A stretch of 64,000 nt of DNA from Candidatus Woesebacteria bacterium RIFCSPLOWO2_01_FULL_39_61 (GCA_001793155.1 MGHI01000026.1:271-64270); one strand, 5' to 3'; shown: positions 9,925-19,591, counted from the first letter of the stretch. Notes: generated from the letters alone by a model not told the origin. A program made the numbers and translations.

Positions 9925-10122
9925 ATGACAAAAAAGACTTACAAGGTTAAAGGAATGGATTGCGATGCCTGCGCAAAAATGATCGAGCTGGATTTGGAAG
10001 ACCAAAATATAAAGGCGTCATGCAACTATGCAAAGGAACTTTTGGAAGTTGAATTAACGGACGATAAAGACGAAGAGAAAGTTAAAAATATTGTAAAAAA
10101 CGGCGGATACGAACTTGCTTAA
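9925..10122 (+). CDS. copZ: HMA copper chaperone (CopZ-like)
   Basis: VKGMDCDAC, terminal GY. Confidence 0.85.
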   Translation: MTKKTYKVKGMDCDACAKMIELDLEDQNIKASCNYAKELLEVELTDDKDEEKVKNIVKNGGYELA

Positions 10123-10127
10123 GATCT

Positions 10128-11270
10128 TCAGTTATTTGAAATGTTCTCAAGAGATACTTGAGCCTTTTTAAAATATTTGTTGTAGGCTAGAGCTTGCTCA
10201 AATTCATTTTTTGCCAAATCTTTTTTCCCTTGATCTAAATATATTTCTCCTCTTATTTGGTAAAGTTCGGAATAAGCTCTGTTTCCATTTTCCAAAACTT
10301 TTGCGATAATCGTAAATACTCGATCGTATTTTCCCAGCTTTTGATAAGATTGAATAGGTTCTATCTGGTACCAAAGCATCCGTTTTGGCAGACGATCTTC
10401 AACCTTTTCAAAAGCTGTGACTGAATTTTGGTAATCCTCAAGGTGATAGTAAGCAGTGGACATATTAAACCAGGGATAAACACTATCTTGGGAAAGTTGA
10501 CTTTCCCTTTCAGCTCGCTCTAGTGCATTCTCCCAAGCAACTTTTTCATCTATCTCTGAACCTAATATTGCTTCGACTAAACTTTCCTGTTCCTGCTTAT
10601 AAACAATGATGTAAGCATAATTAAAAGGTTGCCAGAGCGATAAAAAGTCATAATATGAAAATTTCATATTAGGTCCTTCGTAGGAATCATCTTGAATAAT
10701 TACTTTCTTTGATTCATCAAATCCTCTCACAATCCTGAAATGTCCTATATCCTCATTAACGTGCAGCCAGGTTTTTACTACAACAGGAATTCCATTGGTG
10801 GTAAATTTTTTCAGAAGTTCTATATCCCCGTTAACCCGTCCAGTTGCTTCAAACCCATATTCTTTCACCCAGTCCACAAATTCGTAAGTGAAAATCGTCT
10901 TATCGTCATTGTCTCCTTTTTGGTTTTGGTAAGGCCGCATTTTATCTGCCAGCTCGGATTGTGAAACGTTTCTTCCGTACCAGCCTAAAACCATCGATAA
11001 AGTCGCCGGTCCGCAGTTATTGAAAGTCTGATAGATATGACGGGGATTAGTTACAAGCGCCGAATTTCCCGGTTTTTTTATTCCAGCTGAGCTTTGAGCG
11101 TTACCTGAATCCTGGAGTTCTCCAATAGTCGGAGTTATTTCTTTCCTGACATCCGTAACAAATTTTGTCTCAATAGCTGGACTCGGCCTGTTTGTCCAGA
11201 AAAATACGCCTCCAGTAATAAGGATTGCTGCGGCAACAGAAAATACTAATAATCTTTTCATCATCCCCAA
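10128..11270 (-). CDS. C39-like cysteine peptidase with TPR repeats
   Basis: QTFNNCGPA, GHFRIVRGFD, QDDS; C-terminal TPR-like helices; N-terminal TM. Confidence 0.85.
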   Translation of the reverse strand: MGMMKRLLVFSVAAAILITGGVFFWTNRPSPAIETKFVTDVRKEITPTIGELQDSGNAQSSAGIKKPGNSALVTNPRHIYQTFNNCGPATLSMVLGWYGRNVSQSELADKMRPYQNQKGDNDDKTIFTYEFVDWVKEYGFEATGRVNGDIELLKKFTTNGIPVVVKTWLHVNEDIGHFRIVRGFDESKKVIIQDDSYEGPNMKFSYYDFLSLWQPFNYAYIIVYKQEQESLVEAILGSEIDEKVAWENALERAERESQLSQDSVYPWFNMSTAYYHLEDYQNSVTAFEKVEDRLPKRMLWYQIEPIQSYQKLGKYDRVFTIIAKVLENGNRAYSELYQIRGEIYLDQGKKDLAKNEFEQALAYNKYFKKAQVSLENISNN

Positions 11271-11343
11271 ATTATACTTGAAGGTAACAAGTTCGCATCA
11301 TTTTCAGGAAAAATTCAGCTTAATTGGTTATTATTTATCCCAC

Positions 11344-11372
11344 AAAAAAACTGGGGAGCTTGCACTCCCCAG
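11344..11372 (-). terminator. Intrinsic terminator for the 11516-12067 gene
   Basis: CTGGGGAG/CTCCCCAG stem followed by T7 on the minus strand. Confidence 0.7.
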
Positions 11373-11389
11373 CGTCAGATGTACTTGAT

Positions 11390-11512
11390 TTAAGACTAGT
11401 TTCAGAATTCCCTAGTCCATAGGACTAGGGATGAATGAACCTGGGCTAGAAGCCTCGCCGAAGGCGTATCTTAAAAAAATGCCTCAGACCTCTGTGTCTG
11501 GGGAGGCTTCAC
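11390..11512 (+). mobile_element. Divergent family-1 palindromic element, copy D
   Basis: TTCAGAA-hairpin CCCTAGTCC/GGACTAGGG-ATGAATGAA...GAAGCCTC...hairpin-GAGGCTTCAC; same layout as copies A-C. Confidence 0.55.
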
Positions 11513-11515
11513 TTC

Positions 11516-12067
11516 TTATTCAACGATAAGCGTTCCGACCTGTCCCAGCTTTCTGTGTTGTCCTATTAAACAATAATATTCAAACTCTCCGAGTTTATTG
11601 GCGACAAAATCGATAGTTGTTGTTTCTCCTGCGTTTAACGTAGGACTTTTTACTCCCAATTCATCGATATTAAAATTGTGCATCGCGTCCATTGCTTTTA
11701 AATTTATCTTAACCGTTTGTCCTTTTTTAACACGGATTTCTTTAGGATTAAAGTAAAAACTACCCGCTTGCATTTCTATTGTCACAACCTTAGAGTCTGT
11801 CGAAGTTCCTTCAACCGGCTGACTGGTTGGTCGCGGTGTCGGAGTACTTGTCACAATCCTATTTTGAGTAGAGTTAGTACTTACTTCAGTTTGTGCAGGA
11901 AGAGTCTCTGGAGTTTTACTCCCCCTGCGACTTGCTAAAATTGCGCCGCCCACAAGGGCGACTGCCAAAATTAATCCTCCCACGAGCATCAAATAGGAAC
12001 TTTTATTAGATCCAACTTGTTCTTTCTTTTCGTCTTCTATCTTTTGCTCTTCTTCCATGTACTTCAC
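11516..12067 (-). CDS. Membrane-anchored cupredoxin/plastocyanin-like protein
   Basis: F.PKEIRVK.G, HNF, YYC..GQHRKLGQVG (axial Met replaced by Gln); RBS GGAGGGGGTG. Confidence 0.85.
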   Translation of the reverse strand: MKYMEEEQKIEDEKKEQVGSNKSSYLMLVGGLILAVALVGGAILASRRGSKTPETLPAQTEVSTNSTQNRIVTSTPTPRPTSQPVEGTSTDSKVVTIEMQAGSFYFNPKEIRVKKGQTVKINLKAMDAMHNFNIDELGVKSPTLNAGETTTIDFVANKLGEFEYYCLIGQHRKLGQVGTLIVE

Positions 12068-12259
12068 CCCCTCCAGTTAAGTAGCTCTTTTCAAGAGCAC
12101 TTAACTTAAATCACGTTAGATGCATTTCATGCTATCTAACTGTGATCCGCAAAGCTCGTCCAGGTATCATCTTAACTAAATTTTATGAGAAAAAGCTGAA
12201 AGCTATTGTAACATACAAGTTTTTTTCTTCTAAGAAGTCATTTCCAAAAATACTTAAGG

Positions 12260-13432
12260 CTACAATTTCTCGGGGTTAATTCGAAGGATTTTATCGTCTC
12301 CTGATTTTGGTATTCCGCGCCCGTCGCGATTACTGGTTGTTATATAAAGCATACCGTCCGAACCTATTATTACTTCCCTCAACCTTCCAAATTCTCCCTT
12401 AAAATGTGTTACTAATTTAGGGGAATTAATTGCATTCTCTACTTCATATAAGGCTTGCCCCCTTAGGCCTGCGAAATAAAAACTATCGTTCAGGTATGAA
12501 ATCCCTGCGGGAGCCCAGGTATCGGCACGACCCGATTCTATAATTGGAGCAATCATACCTTCTTTTGTTTGTTTACCTCGAATTTCCGGCCAGCCATAAT
12601 TTTTCCCAATTTCAATCTTGTTGAATTCATCGTTGCCAGTTTCGAATCCCGAAGGACCATGTTCGGTCTCCCATAAATTTCCGTCTTTATCCCAAACTAT
12701 TCCTTGGGGGTTTCTATGACCATATGTATAAGCCCGATTACCGAAAGGGTTCCCGGGTGCAGGCTTACCCTCGTCAGTTACGCGCAAAATTTTTCCGGCT
12801 AAAGAATTTTTGTCCTGGGCGTGAGACGGGTTTTGAGCATCACCTGTCGTAATATAGAGCATATTGTCCGGACCGAATTTAATTCTTCCCCCGTCATGAT
12901 TAGAGTTACCCGGAATTGCATCGACAATTATTTTTTCGTCACGCATACTATTACCGTCATAGGTATAGCGAACAACCCGATTTAAAGTGTTCCCCTCAGA
13001 TCCCGAATAAGTATAGTAAAGATAAACAAATTTGTTATCATGAAAGTCGGGATGAAGCGCAATTCCATGCAGTCCTCCTTCGCCAATTTGCTTTACAGCA
13101 GAAATTGTAATAACAGGATCGTCTTTTAATTCCCCGTTTTTTGAAATAAATCTAACTCTGCCTTTTCTTTCCGTAACCAGCATTCCACTTTCGGGTAAAA
13201 AGACAAGTCCCCAGGGAACTTCCAACCCTTGAGCAACAATACTAACAGCTGGGATATCGGCTTTTTCAGATGGGGTGTCTGAATTACTACCGTGTAATGG
13301 CAACTCACTTACAACATTTTCCTTTCCATCTGATTTTTCAACTTGCTTGGTGCTTCTGACATAAAAAAAGCCAACTATCAAAAGAAGAAATCCAGTTAAA
13401 ATAACAGGAAGAGTGAATCCTCGTCTTGTCAT
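12260..13432 (-). CDS. PQQ-dependent sugar dehydrogenase (GSDH beta-propeller)
   Basis: LEVPWGL, GEGGL, HDGGRIKFGPD, GHRNPQG, GRLR. Confidence 0.92.
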   Translation of the reverse strand: MTRRGFTLPVILTGFLLLIVGFFYVRSTKQVEKSDGKENVVSELPLHGSNSDTPSEKADIPAVSIVAQGLEVPWGLVFLPESGMLVTERKGRVRFISKNGELKDDPVITISAVKQIGEGGLHGIALHPDFHDNKFVYLYYTYSGSEGNTLNRVVRYTYDGNSMRDEKIIVDAIPGNSNHDGGRIKFGPDNMLYITTGDAQNPSHAQDKNSLAGKILRVTDEGKPAPGNPFGNRAYTYGHRNPQGIVWDKDGNLWETEHGPSGFETGNDEFNKIEIGKNYGWPEIRGKQTKEGMIAPIIESGRADTWAPAGISYLNDSFYFAGLRGQALYEVENAINSPKLVTHFKGEFGRLREVIIGSDGMLYITTSNRDGRGIPKSGDDKILRINPEKL

Positions 13433-13436
13433 CAGG

Positions 13437-13853
13437 TTAAGAGCGGTGTTTTTCCAATTTAATAATTATTGAAAGAAGTACAACTGAAAGGCTGACGGAG
13501 GTTAAACCAAACATAAAATAAATTGTTTGCAACCAAGAAATCTGACGGACAATATGCATTTCTGCAAAAATCCATATAAGTAATGTACAACCCGCTATGG
13601 CAGTCCATTGGATTGCGTTTGCGTCTTTTTTTGATAAAAGTATGGAGGCGATAAAATGCGTACTTCCAATTACGCTTACTAAAATAATTCCAGGTTCGAG
13701 ATAAGTTGGAAAGGGCGATTGCGGTAGCCAGTCAATGGGTATTCCAAGTCTGAATGTAGCAATAAGCCCAAGTCCCCCGACGATCGCGGAAAGCCCGACC
13801 AGAAATTCAAAAAAGGTAAGAAAATTATATGTGAATTTGTATAACTTCTTCAC
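13437..13853 (-). CDS. Four-TM membrane protein
   Basis: VGLSAIVGG..L...SPF..Y..PG; start reassigned to GTG 13853 just outside repeat copy B. Confidence 0.7.
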   Translation of the reverse strand: MKKLYKFTYNFLTFFEFLVGLSAIVGGLGLIATFRLGIPIDWLPQSPFPTYLEPGIILVSVIGSTHFIASILLSKKDANAIQWTAIAGCTLLIWIFAEMHIVRQISWLQTIYFMFGLTSVSLSVVLLSIIIKLEKHRS

Positions 13854-13854
13854 T

Positions 13855-13967
13855 ATGACATTCTTCCCGTGCAAATAGCACGTGGTCTCCCTTCTAAAGA
13901 GAAAGACATATCAGAGTTCGTTTTATCTTCGGGCTATAAGCCCGGAGTTTTCTCGAAATCTGTTATA
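13855..13967 (-). mobile_element. Family-1 palindromic element, copy B
   Basis: Shares GACATATCAGAGTTCG and GAGTTTTCTCGA with copy A; stems re-paired (CGGGCT/AGCCCG, CGTGC/GCACG). Confidence 0.7.
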
Positions 13968-13991
13968 AATAGTGTATCATAAATCACATTT

Positions 13992-14405
13992 CTACTCTCT
14001 TATGGAGATCCTAAGTAAAAGTTCATCCAGACTCCTATAGAATTCTATCGATGGTCTTTCCCTATCAACTTTGTAGTTTTGAGTTAACTGATCAAAGAGT
14101 ACAGGTATTTGTTCTAAACTTTGGCTCCAATTCATGAGCTTGGTTTGAGCATACCTTCCACCAGGAATCGTCCAAGTTTGAAAACCTAAAAGTCCTGGAT
14201 TGTCGTCGGGAAAAAGAGAAACAGAAGACCAATATTCGAGACTCGGAGGCGATCCAAAAATTAACCCGTAAAACTTTCTTCCTTTTAAACCTGGCAATTT
14301 AGCTTCCAGTTTACTAAAAGCCTCGGTAGCTCCTGATGGACCGGTTTCCGATTTAATATACATAACCGGAATATCTTCCAAAACTTTTTCAACAATATTT
14401 ATCAT
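13992..14405 (-). CDS. GyrI-like small-molecule-binding protein
   Basis: GRKFYG, IPGGRYA, DRERPSIEFY. Confidence 0.7.
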   Translation of the reverse strand: MINIVEKVLEDIPVMYIKSETGPSGATEAFSKLEAKLPGLKGRKFYGLIFGSPPSLEYWSSVSLFPDDNPGLLGFQTWTIPGGRYAQTKLMNWSQSLEQIPVLFDQLTQNYKVDRERPSIEFYRSLDELLLRISIRE

Positions 14406-14448
14406 TAGTTTTTTGAATTATGTTATTTCTTAATGATAATATCAACTT

Positions 14449-14721
14449 ATGGATAGAGTAGGAAGGCTGGAGGAAAAAATTGAGAAAATAGACGCCAGAA
14501 ATAAAAGGGTTGAAGCAGATAAAGATTGGGAGGTAAGTTATACAAGAAGAATTTTGCTTTTCGTTTTTACTTACATATCAATCGGGCTTTATTTAAACGC
14601 TATTCAAATTCCCAACCCATGGCTTAATGCGATTGTCCCCTCAATCGGATTTTTACTTTCAACCCTCACCCTTCCCTACTTCAAATCTATCTGGTTTAAG
14701 AAACGAAGCAAAAAGATTTAA
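14449..14721 (+). CDS. Conserved hypothetical membrane protein
   Basis: RNKRVEADKDWEVS..RR motif followed by two TM segments. Confidence 0.7.
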   Translation: MDRVGRLEEKIEKIDARNKRVEADKDWEVSYTRRILLFVFTYISIGLYLNAIQIPNPWLNAIVPSIGFLLSTLTLPYFKSIWFKKRSKKI

Positions 14722-14730
14722 ATATAAGAT

Positions 14731-15195
14731 ATGAAAAAAATCTGGCTTTTTATTCCTTTAACTTTGATCGGAATCGCTGTCGTCTTCTTCTCGTCTAGTA
14801 ATAGCTCAACGCCAAAACCAAATCCCACACCCGAATTTCCGTCTTTCACTCCGACTCCTCAGAACGTTGATATCACTGCCAGTTTTGAAATATACACCTT
14901 GGGAACAAAGCGAATTTTCACCGATTCAAAATATCGCAACCTTTCGCAAGAGGTTTATATTTCGCAACCAAACCCCAGCCAAATCCACGTTAAAAAAATA
15001 GGTATCACCTGGGCGGACTTTTTTGCGACACTTCCTATGAAATTGGAAAGGAATTGTCTTACGACGGGAACGAGCCAGACTTTCTGTACTAACAATTCTC
15101 AAAAGCTGAAATTTTTTATTAATGAAAAAGAAGACCCAAATGCGTTGGATAAACAAATCAAAGACGGAGATAAGTTAAAAGTCGTTTATGAATAG
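14731..15195 (+). CDS. Secreted hypothetical protein
   Basis: Signal/TM, IHVKK.GITW.DFF.TL, two Cys. Confidence 0.7.
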   Translation: MKKIWLFIPLTLIGIAVVFFSSSNSSTPKPNPTPEFPSFTPTPQNVDITASFEIYTLGTKRIFTDSKYRNLSQEVYISQPNPSQIHVKKIGITWADFFATLPMKLERNCLTTGTSQTFCTNNSQKLKFFINEKEDPNALDKQIKDGDKLKVVYE

Positions 15196-15236
15196 GGTCC
15201 TCGTCCGCCCGCCTCTGGCGGGAAGGAAAAGGTTTC

Positions 15237-15860
15237 TCAATCCTTGTCAAACAATTCTTCAAATTTAAAATCTACAAATTTTCCGTTTTGCTCATCAAAC
15301 AACTTAGTTTCATTTTCTTTAAGCTTCAATACATTAAATCCTTTTTCTTTTGCAAAGTCTCCAACTTTTCTAATAAGCACTCCACTACAATATTTCGGGT
15401 TATTGACATGAACAATTACTATTGTTTGAGTCTCGGGGTATATCCCTTCAATAAAGTCAATTGCCATTCTGTCTTCGGTTTCGTAAAAGTAAGGAGCCAT
15501 AAGCATCGCTCCTGCACTGTCGGCCAAAACGACCGCGTCTTTTTTAAGAATATCAAAATTGAATTTCTTTTTTAAAAGTCCTTCTTTTAAGGGAACCGTA
15601 TCGCCACCACAAAGAAAGATTAGGTCATACATGTTCCAATCAACATCTTCTATTCCGTTTCCGATAATATCTACCGAATTCCCGAATTGGGGAACAATAT
15701 ATTGGTCATAATAATGGTCTGGTTTTGCCATTGTTACAAAACTAACTTTCTTCCCGATTCCAATCAGTTTATTAATGGCTCCTGTATATTCGTATAAGTA
15801 AGATTTTTTCCAACCATCGGGGTCGCGCTTGTTTAATCCCCCGCGAAAAAGCAATTTCAT
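15237..15860 (-). CDS. Peptidase S51 / type 1 glutamine-amidotransferase-like protein
   Basis: DLIFLCGGDT, ADSAGAM nucleophile elbow, conserved His. Confidence 0.75.
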   Translation of the reverse strand: MKLLFRGGLNKRDPDGWKKSYLYEYTGAINKLIGIGKKVSFVTMAKPDHYYDQYIVPQFGNSVDIIGNGIEDVDWNMYDLIFLCGGDTVPLKEGLLKKKFNFDILKKDAVVLADSAGAMLMAPYFYETEDRMAIDFIEGIYPETQTIVIVHVNNPKYCSGVLIRKVGDFAKEKGFNVLKLKENETKLFDEQNGKFVDFKFEELFDKD

Positions 15861-15992
15861 AAATGAAGTATAACAATTTGAGAATAAATTCAGAAGTCGC
15901 GCTTACCCACCTTTGGTGGGAAGAAAATGGGTTCTCAATGTTTTTGTCCCGGAGCTAATTTGAAGACAAATCAGGACTTTAAATGAAAATGT

Positions 15993-16604
15993 ATGTTAAA
16001 TTGGCATATGTTTTTAATACCGGAAAGTTACTGGGAAATTAAAAAAACGAAAAATAAAGGAAGGGGTGCTTTTGCCAGGAAACCAATTGAGCAAGGAACA
16101 CTCATCGGTGATTACGTGGGCAAATTAGTTCATCTAAAAGATTTCGATTTCGATAAAGAAAAGAAAAAATTATACTTGATGTTTTACAACGATGAGTTGG
16201 GCATTTATCCCTATTTAAAAAAACCCGGCGTACACCTCATAAACCACTCATGCTTCCCCAATTGTTGGATAATAAGATATAAAGATCACACTATTATCTT
16301 TACTTTAAAAAATATCAAGAAGAAAGATGAGTTAACTATTTCATATCTGCTTCCTCCAAAAACAAATTGCAAACCTTGCCCTCACAAATGTTTCTGCAGA
16401 TGTAAAAATTGCACAGGGACGTTGCACTTAACCGAAAGTGACTACAAAAAATGGCAGGAGTTTCAGGATAAAGAAGACGACAAAAATAAGTCTAAAACAA
16501 AGAGGTTGGCAGACAAACTCAAACCTTTTAAAAAATACCCTAAATTTGTTTCCAAACGACTTATATCAAAGATCAAAGCGTTGCAGAAAGAAATGTATGG
16601 ATAG
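15993..16604 (+). CDS. SET-domain methyltransferase with post-SET zinc motif
   Basis: KGRGAFA, INHSCFPNC, ELTISY, CFCRCKNCTG. Confidence 0.9.
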   Translation: MLNWHMFLIPESYWEIKKTKNKGRGAFARKPIEQGTLIGDYVGKLVHLKDFDFDKEKKKLYLMFYNDELGIYPYLKKPGVHLINHSCFPNCWIIRYKDHTIIFTLKNIKKKDELTISYLLPPKTNCKPCPHKCFCRCKNCTGTLHLTESDYKKWQEFQDKEDDKNKSKTKRLADKLKPFKKYPKFVSKRLISKIKALQKEMYG

Positions 16605-16628
16605 CGCCGGACACATTAAGAAAATAGG

Positions 16629-17699
16629 CTAACCAGAAGACAAATTATTCATAAAAAACTCAACAGTCTTTTGCATAGCTTGGTTAAATGTTATTCCGCT
16701 TAAGTTATGACCTCCCGCTGCATATTCATTCAACTCATGTCTAATGTTTGCCTGGTTAAGAATACTATTTAAATTTCTGCTGTACTCTATACTTACGACA
16801 TTGTCATCTTTGGAATGATTTAATTGAACAGCCCCGGTTACTCCATCAAGATAATTAGTTGCCGGAACCTGTTTCCAAAACCAATTATTCGGATCAAAAT
16901 TGCCATACATATCTCTTAGTTTTTGTCTTTCTTTGGCTCTTTCAGAATCGGAAGGAGGAGGTCGGTAACTCGTATCCTCTATCCTATACTCCTGCAGGTC
17001 GCTATAGGTGAAGCCGGCGCCAGCCCAAACAACAACAGCAGGAATTTTAAGATCAGCAACGAAGCTTCGCAGGACTATATTGCCTGCCATTGAATGCCCC
17101 CAAAGCCCGATGTTGTCCGGATTTACAAAATCCGAATTTCTTAAGGCAGAAACTGCATTGAGGGTATCAATTACATAATCTCCAGAGTAGTATCCTCCGC
17201 CAGGTTCTCCCTCGGAATTCCCGTGTCCTCTAAGGTCAATTTTAAAAATCACAAAACCATTCTTAGCAAGGTAGTCTACATAGGATGCGTAATTAACCTT
17301 CGTCTGGTAATTTTCGGGGGGGATATAGCCGTGGATAAAGACGACCGCAGGATAACCATCTTTTGGCATCTCACCGCGAGGTTTGGTCAGAAGCCCGTAG
17401 ACTTTGAACCCATCAGAATTATAACTTGTTAGAAAAGAAGTATAATTTGGGTTCTCTCTAACTTTTTGCATTTCGCCCAATGAACTTAAATACGTTTTAC
17501 TTCTAAGATAGGGAATTGTCATTTCCTGGAAGGCAAAAGGCGTAGGTGTTGGTTCTTTATTTACTTTAGAAATATTTTCTATAACCGGCTGTACAAACCG
17601 CTTATCAACATCTTTCTCCAAAAATAAATATCCTATCGCTAAAATAGCAAATATAACAATTAAAAATGTGACCGCAAACCCGCGGAAATTTTTTCTCAT
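16629..17699 (-). CDS. Membrane-anchored S9-like alpha/beta hydrolase
   Basis: HGY, DLRGHG, WGHSMAG, D and GGH triad residues. Confidence 0.88.
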   Translation of the reverse strand: MRKNFRGFAVTFLIVIFAILAIGYLFLEKDVDKRFVQPVIENISKVNKEPTPTPFAFQEMTIPYLRSKTYLSSLGEMQKVRENPNYTSFLTSYNSDGFKVYGLLTKPRGEMPKDGYPAVVFIHGYIPPENYQTKVNYASYVDYLAKNGFVIFKIDLRGHGNSEGEPGGGYYSGDYVIDTLNAVSALRNSDFVNPDNIGLWGHSMAGNIVLRSFVADLKIPAVVVWAGAGFTYSDLQEYRIEDTSYRPPPSDSERAKERQKLRDMYGNFDPNNWFWKQVPATNYLDGVTGAVQLNHSKDDNVVSIEYSRNLNSILNQANIRHELNEYAAGGHNLSGITFNQAMQKTVEFFMNNLSSG

Positions 17700-17739
17700 G
17701 TAAAAATTCTACAGGATTTGAAGAAAGAATTGAAAAAAA

Positions 17740-18852
17740 TTATTTAAGATATTGATCAAAAAAGTCAACCGACCGACTAAGTGCTAGTGAAAGATTTTTT
17801 GAAAGGTTGTGATCGTCTCCCGTATATTCATAAAGTTCTACCGCTTTATTTACGTCTGTCATTTGTTTTTCCAGCGTTCTGGAAAACTCAATCGGAACTG
17901 AGGCATCCAAAGTACCATGATGAAGCTGCAAAGGACCGGAAATATCGGAAAGGTATGAATTTGCAGAAATTGAATTCCAAAATTGGGGATTTTGACTTGG
18001 GTCCCCGTATTTATCTACTAGCTCGCGTCTCCACCTACCTCTTTGGCTGTTTGTGCTAATAGTTGGTGTCGGACCAGATCTTCTTCGCCACCGCTCAATC
18101 AAATCGGGGTACGAGCCGACGACCCCCGCCCAAATTACTCCGGCTTTAATATCCTTTGTCGTAACCATGGACTTTAGCGTAATCGAACCGCCCATAGAAT
18201 GTCCCCACATACCTATTCGGTCGGCATCGACGATCAACCCCGAGCGATCAACGGGAGTCGAAGGGTTTTCAGGGTTCTTCAACCTTTTAATTGAAGAAAC
18301 TGCATTTAATACGTCAATTGTGTACGCGTTTGATCCGTAACCGCCGGTTGCATTCCCTTCGGAATTTCCGTGCCCGCGGTAGTCAGATTTAAATGTAGTA
18401 TAGCCTGCCAGAGCTAAAGCATCCTGATAAGCTATATATTTTTCTGTAGTCTTATAAATAGAAGGTGAAATATAACCGTGGTTAAAAATAATCACAGGCC
18501 AACCACCTTCTGGGCTTGTGCCATTTGGAACAGTTAAAAGGCCGTAAATTTTGAGGCCTTCAGATTTGTAAGAAGTAATGTACCTCTTATAATTTGATCC
18601 AGAAGAAAGCGTCTGCTCAACAAAAATATCACTTCCCGGATATTCTCCTTTACGAAGCGCTTCAATAGACAATGGGTGAATTTCTTCGTCCAATCCACCC
18701 TCGTCTTCCAAGTTGAGGGCTGGATTATCTGATGGCTGTTTTACGAGTTCAGAAACATTTTTGCCTTTGTTCAGGTAAATAAATATTCCAACTACAATGA
18801 GAACTACTGTTACGAGGAATAATAAGCGATTGTTAAAAAACACAAATTTCAT
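17740..18852 (-). CDS. Membrane-anchored S9-like alpha/beta hydrolase (tandem paralogue)
   Basis: NHGY, DYRGHG, WGHSMGG, HGTLD, GDDH. Confidence 0.88.
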   Translation of the reverse strand: MKFVFFNNRLLFLVTVVLIVVGIFIYLNKGKNVSELVKQPSDNPALNLEDEGGLDEEIHPLSIEALRKGEYPGSDIFVEQTLSSGSNYKRYITSYKSEGLKIYGLLTVPNGTSPEGGWPVIIFNHGYISPSIYKTTEKYIAYQDALALAGYTTFKSDYRGHGNSEGNATGGYGSNAYTIDVLNAVSSIKRLKNPENPSTPVDRSGLIVDADRIGMWGHSMGGSITLKSMVTTKDIKAGVIWAGVVGSYPDLIERWRRRSGPTPTISTNSQRGRWRRELVDKYGDPSQNPQFWNSISANSYLSDISGPLQLHHGTLDASVPIEFSRTLEKQMTDVNKAVELYEYTGDDHNLSKNLSLALSRSVDFFDQYLK

Positions 18853-18957
18853 TATACCCGATAGGTATAATTTTAAAGATCTCTCCTGAGAAAATGCTGA
18901 AGATTAGTAGTTTTGCATTTGTCAAACAATTTTTCAGATACTATACTTCTAGCCTAA

Positions 18958-19536
18958 ATGATACAAAAAGAGTATATTGGGTCTGGAGCAAATTGTGTAG
19001 ATTTCGCAAAAGAACATTTTTTAAGAACTTATGACAGGTGTGATGACCCTCTCTATGAGTACCACAAACGACACGTAAAAGAAGTTGAGAGATGGGCAAA
19101 GATTATTCTGAAAGATTTTCCCGATGCTGACGAAGAAGTTGTTTTACTTTCAGTCTGGTTACACGACATTGGTAGGTATAAGTACGATCAAAACACCGAT
19201 CATGCAATTAATTCTCAAACAGAATCCTTGAGATTTCTACCGAAAATTGGGGTTTCACCAGAAAAAACTCTTGCGGTCGCTCACTGTGTAAGGTCGCACA
19301 GAAATAAAGATATCGAGCCCCAAACACTTGAGGCCAAAATTCTAGCTGCTTCCGATTCTGCAAGCCATATGACCGATTTCCCCTATATTGTACTCATGGG
19401 GGAAGGAAAGAAGGATTACGTAAGGGCGAAAATTGAGAGAGACTATCGTGATATAGGCCTTATCCCAGGTGTCCAAGAAAAACTTACTCCCCTTTATACT
19501 GCATGGAAACACTTATTAGATGCTTTCCCTGAATGA
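18958..19536 (+). CDS. HD-domain phosphohydrolase
   Basis: H...V, WLHDIG, DHA, RSHR, EAKILAASD. Confidence 0.85.
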   Translation: MIQKEYIGSGANCVDFAKEHFLRTYDRCDDPLYEYHKRHVKEVERWAKIILKDFPDADEEVVLLSVWLHDIGRYKYDQNTDHAINSQTESLRFLPKIGVSPEKTLAVAHCVRSHRNKDIEPQTLEAKILAASDSASHMTDFPYIVLMGEGKKDYVRAKIERDYRDIGLIPGVQEKLTPLYTAWKHLLDAFPE

Positions 19537-19562
19537 TTATTACTTCGAAAATCACAGCGTTC

Positions 19563-19591
19563 TTGACTTCGTTGATTCGAATCATCATAGT
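19563..19591 (+). promoter_or_regulatory. Sigma70-like promoter overlapped by a palindrome
   Basis: TTGACT-17 bp-CATAGT, 6 bp before ATG (leaderless); spacer contains TGATTCGAATCA. Confidence 0.6.
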
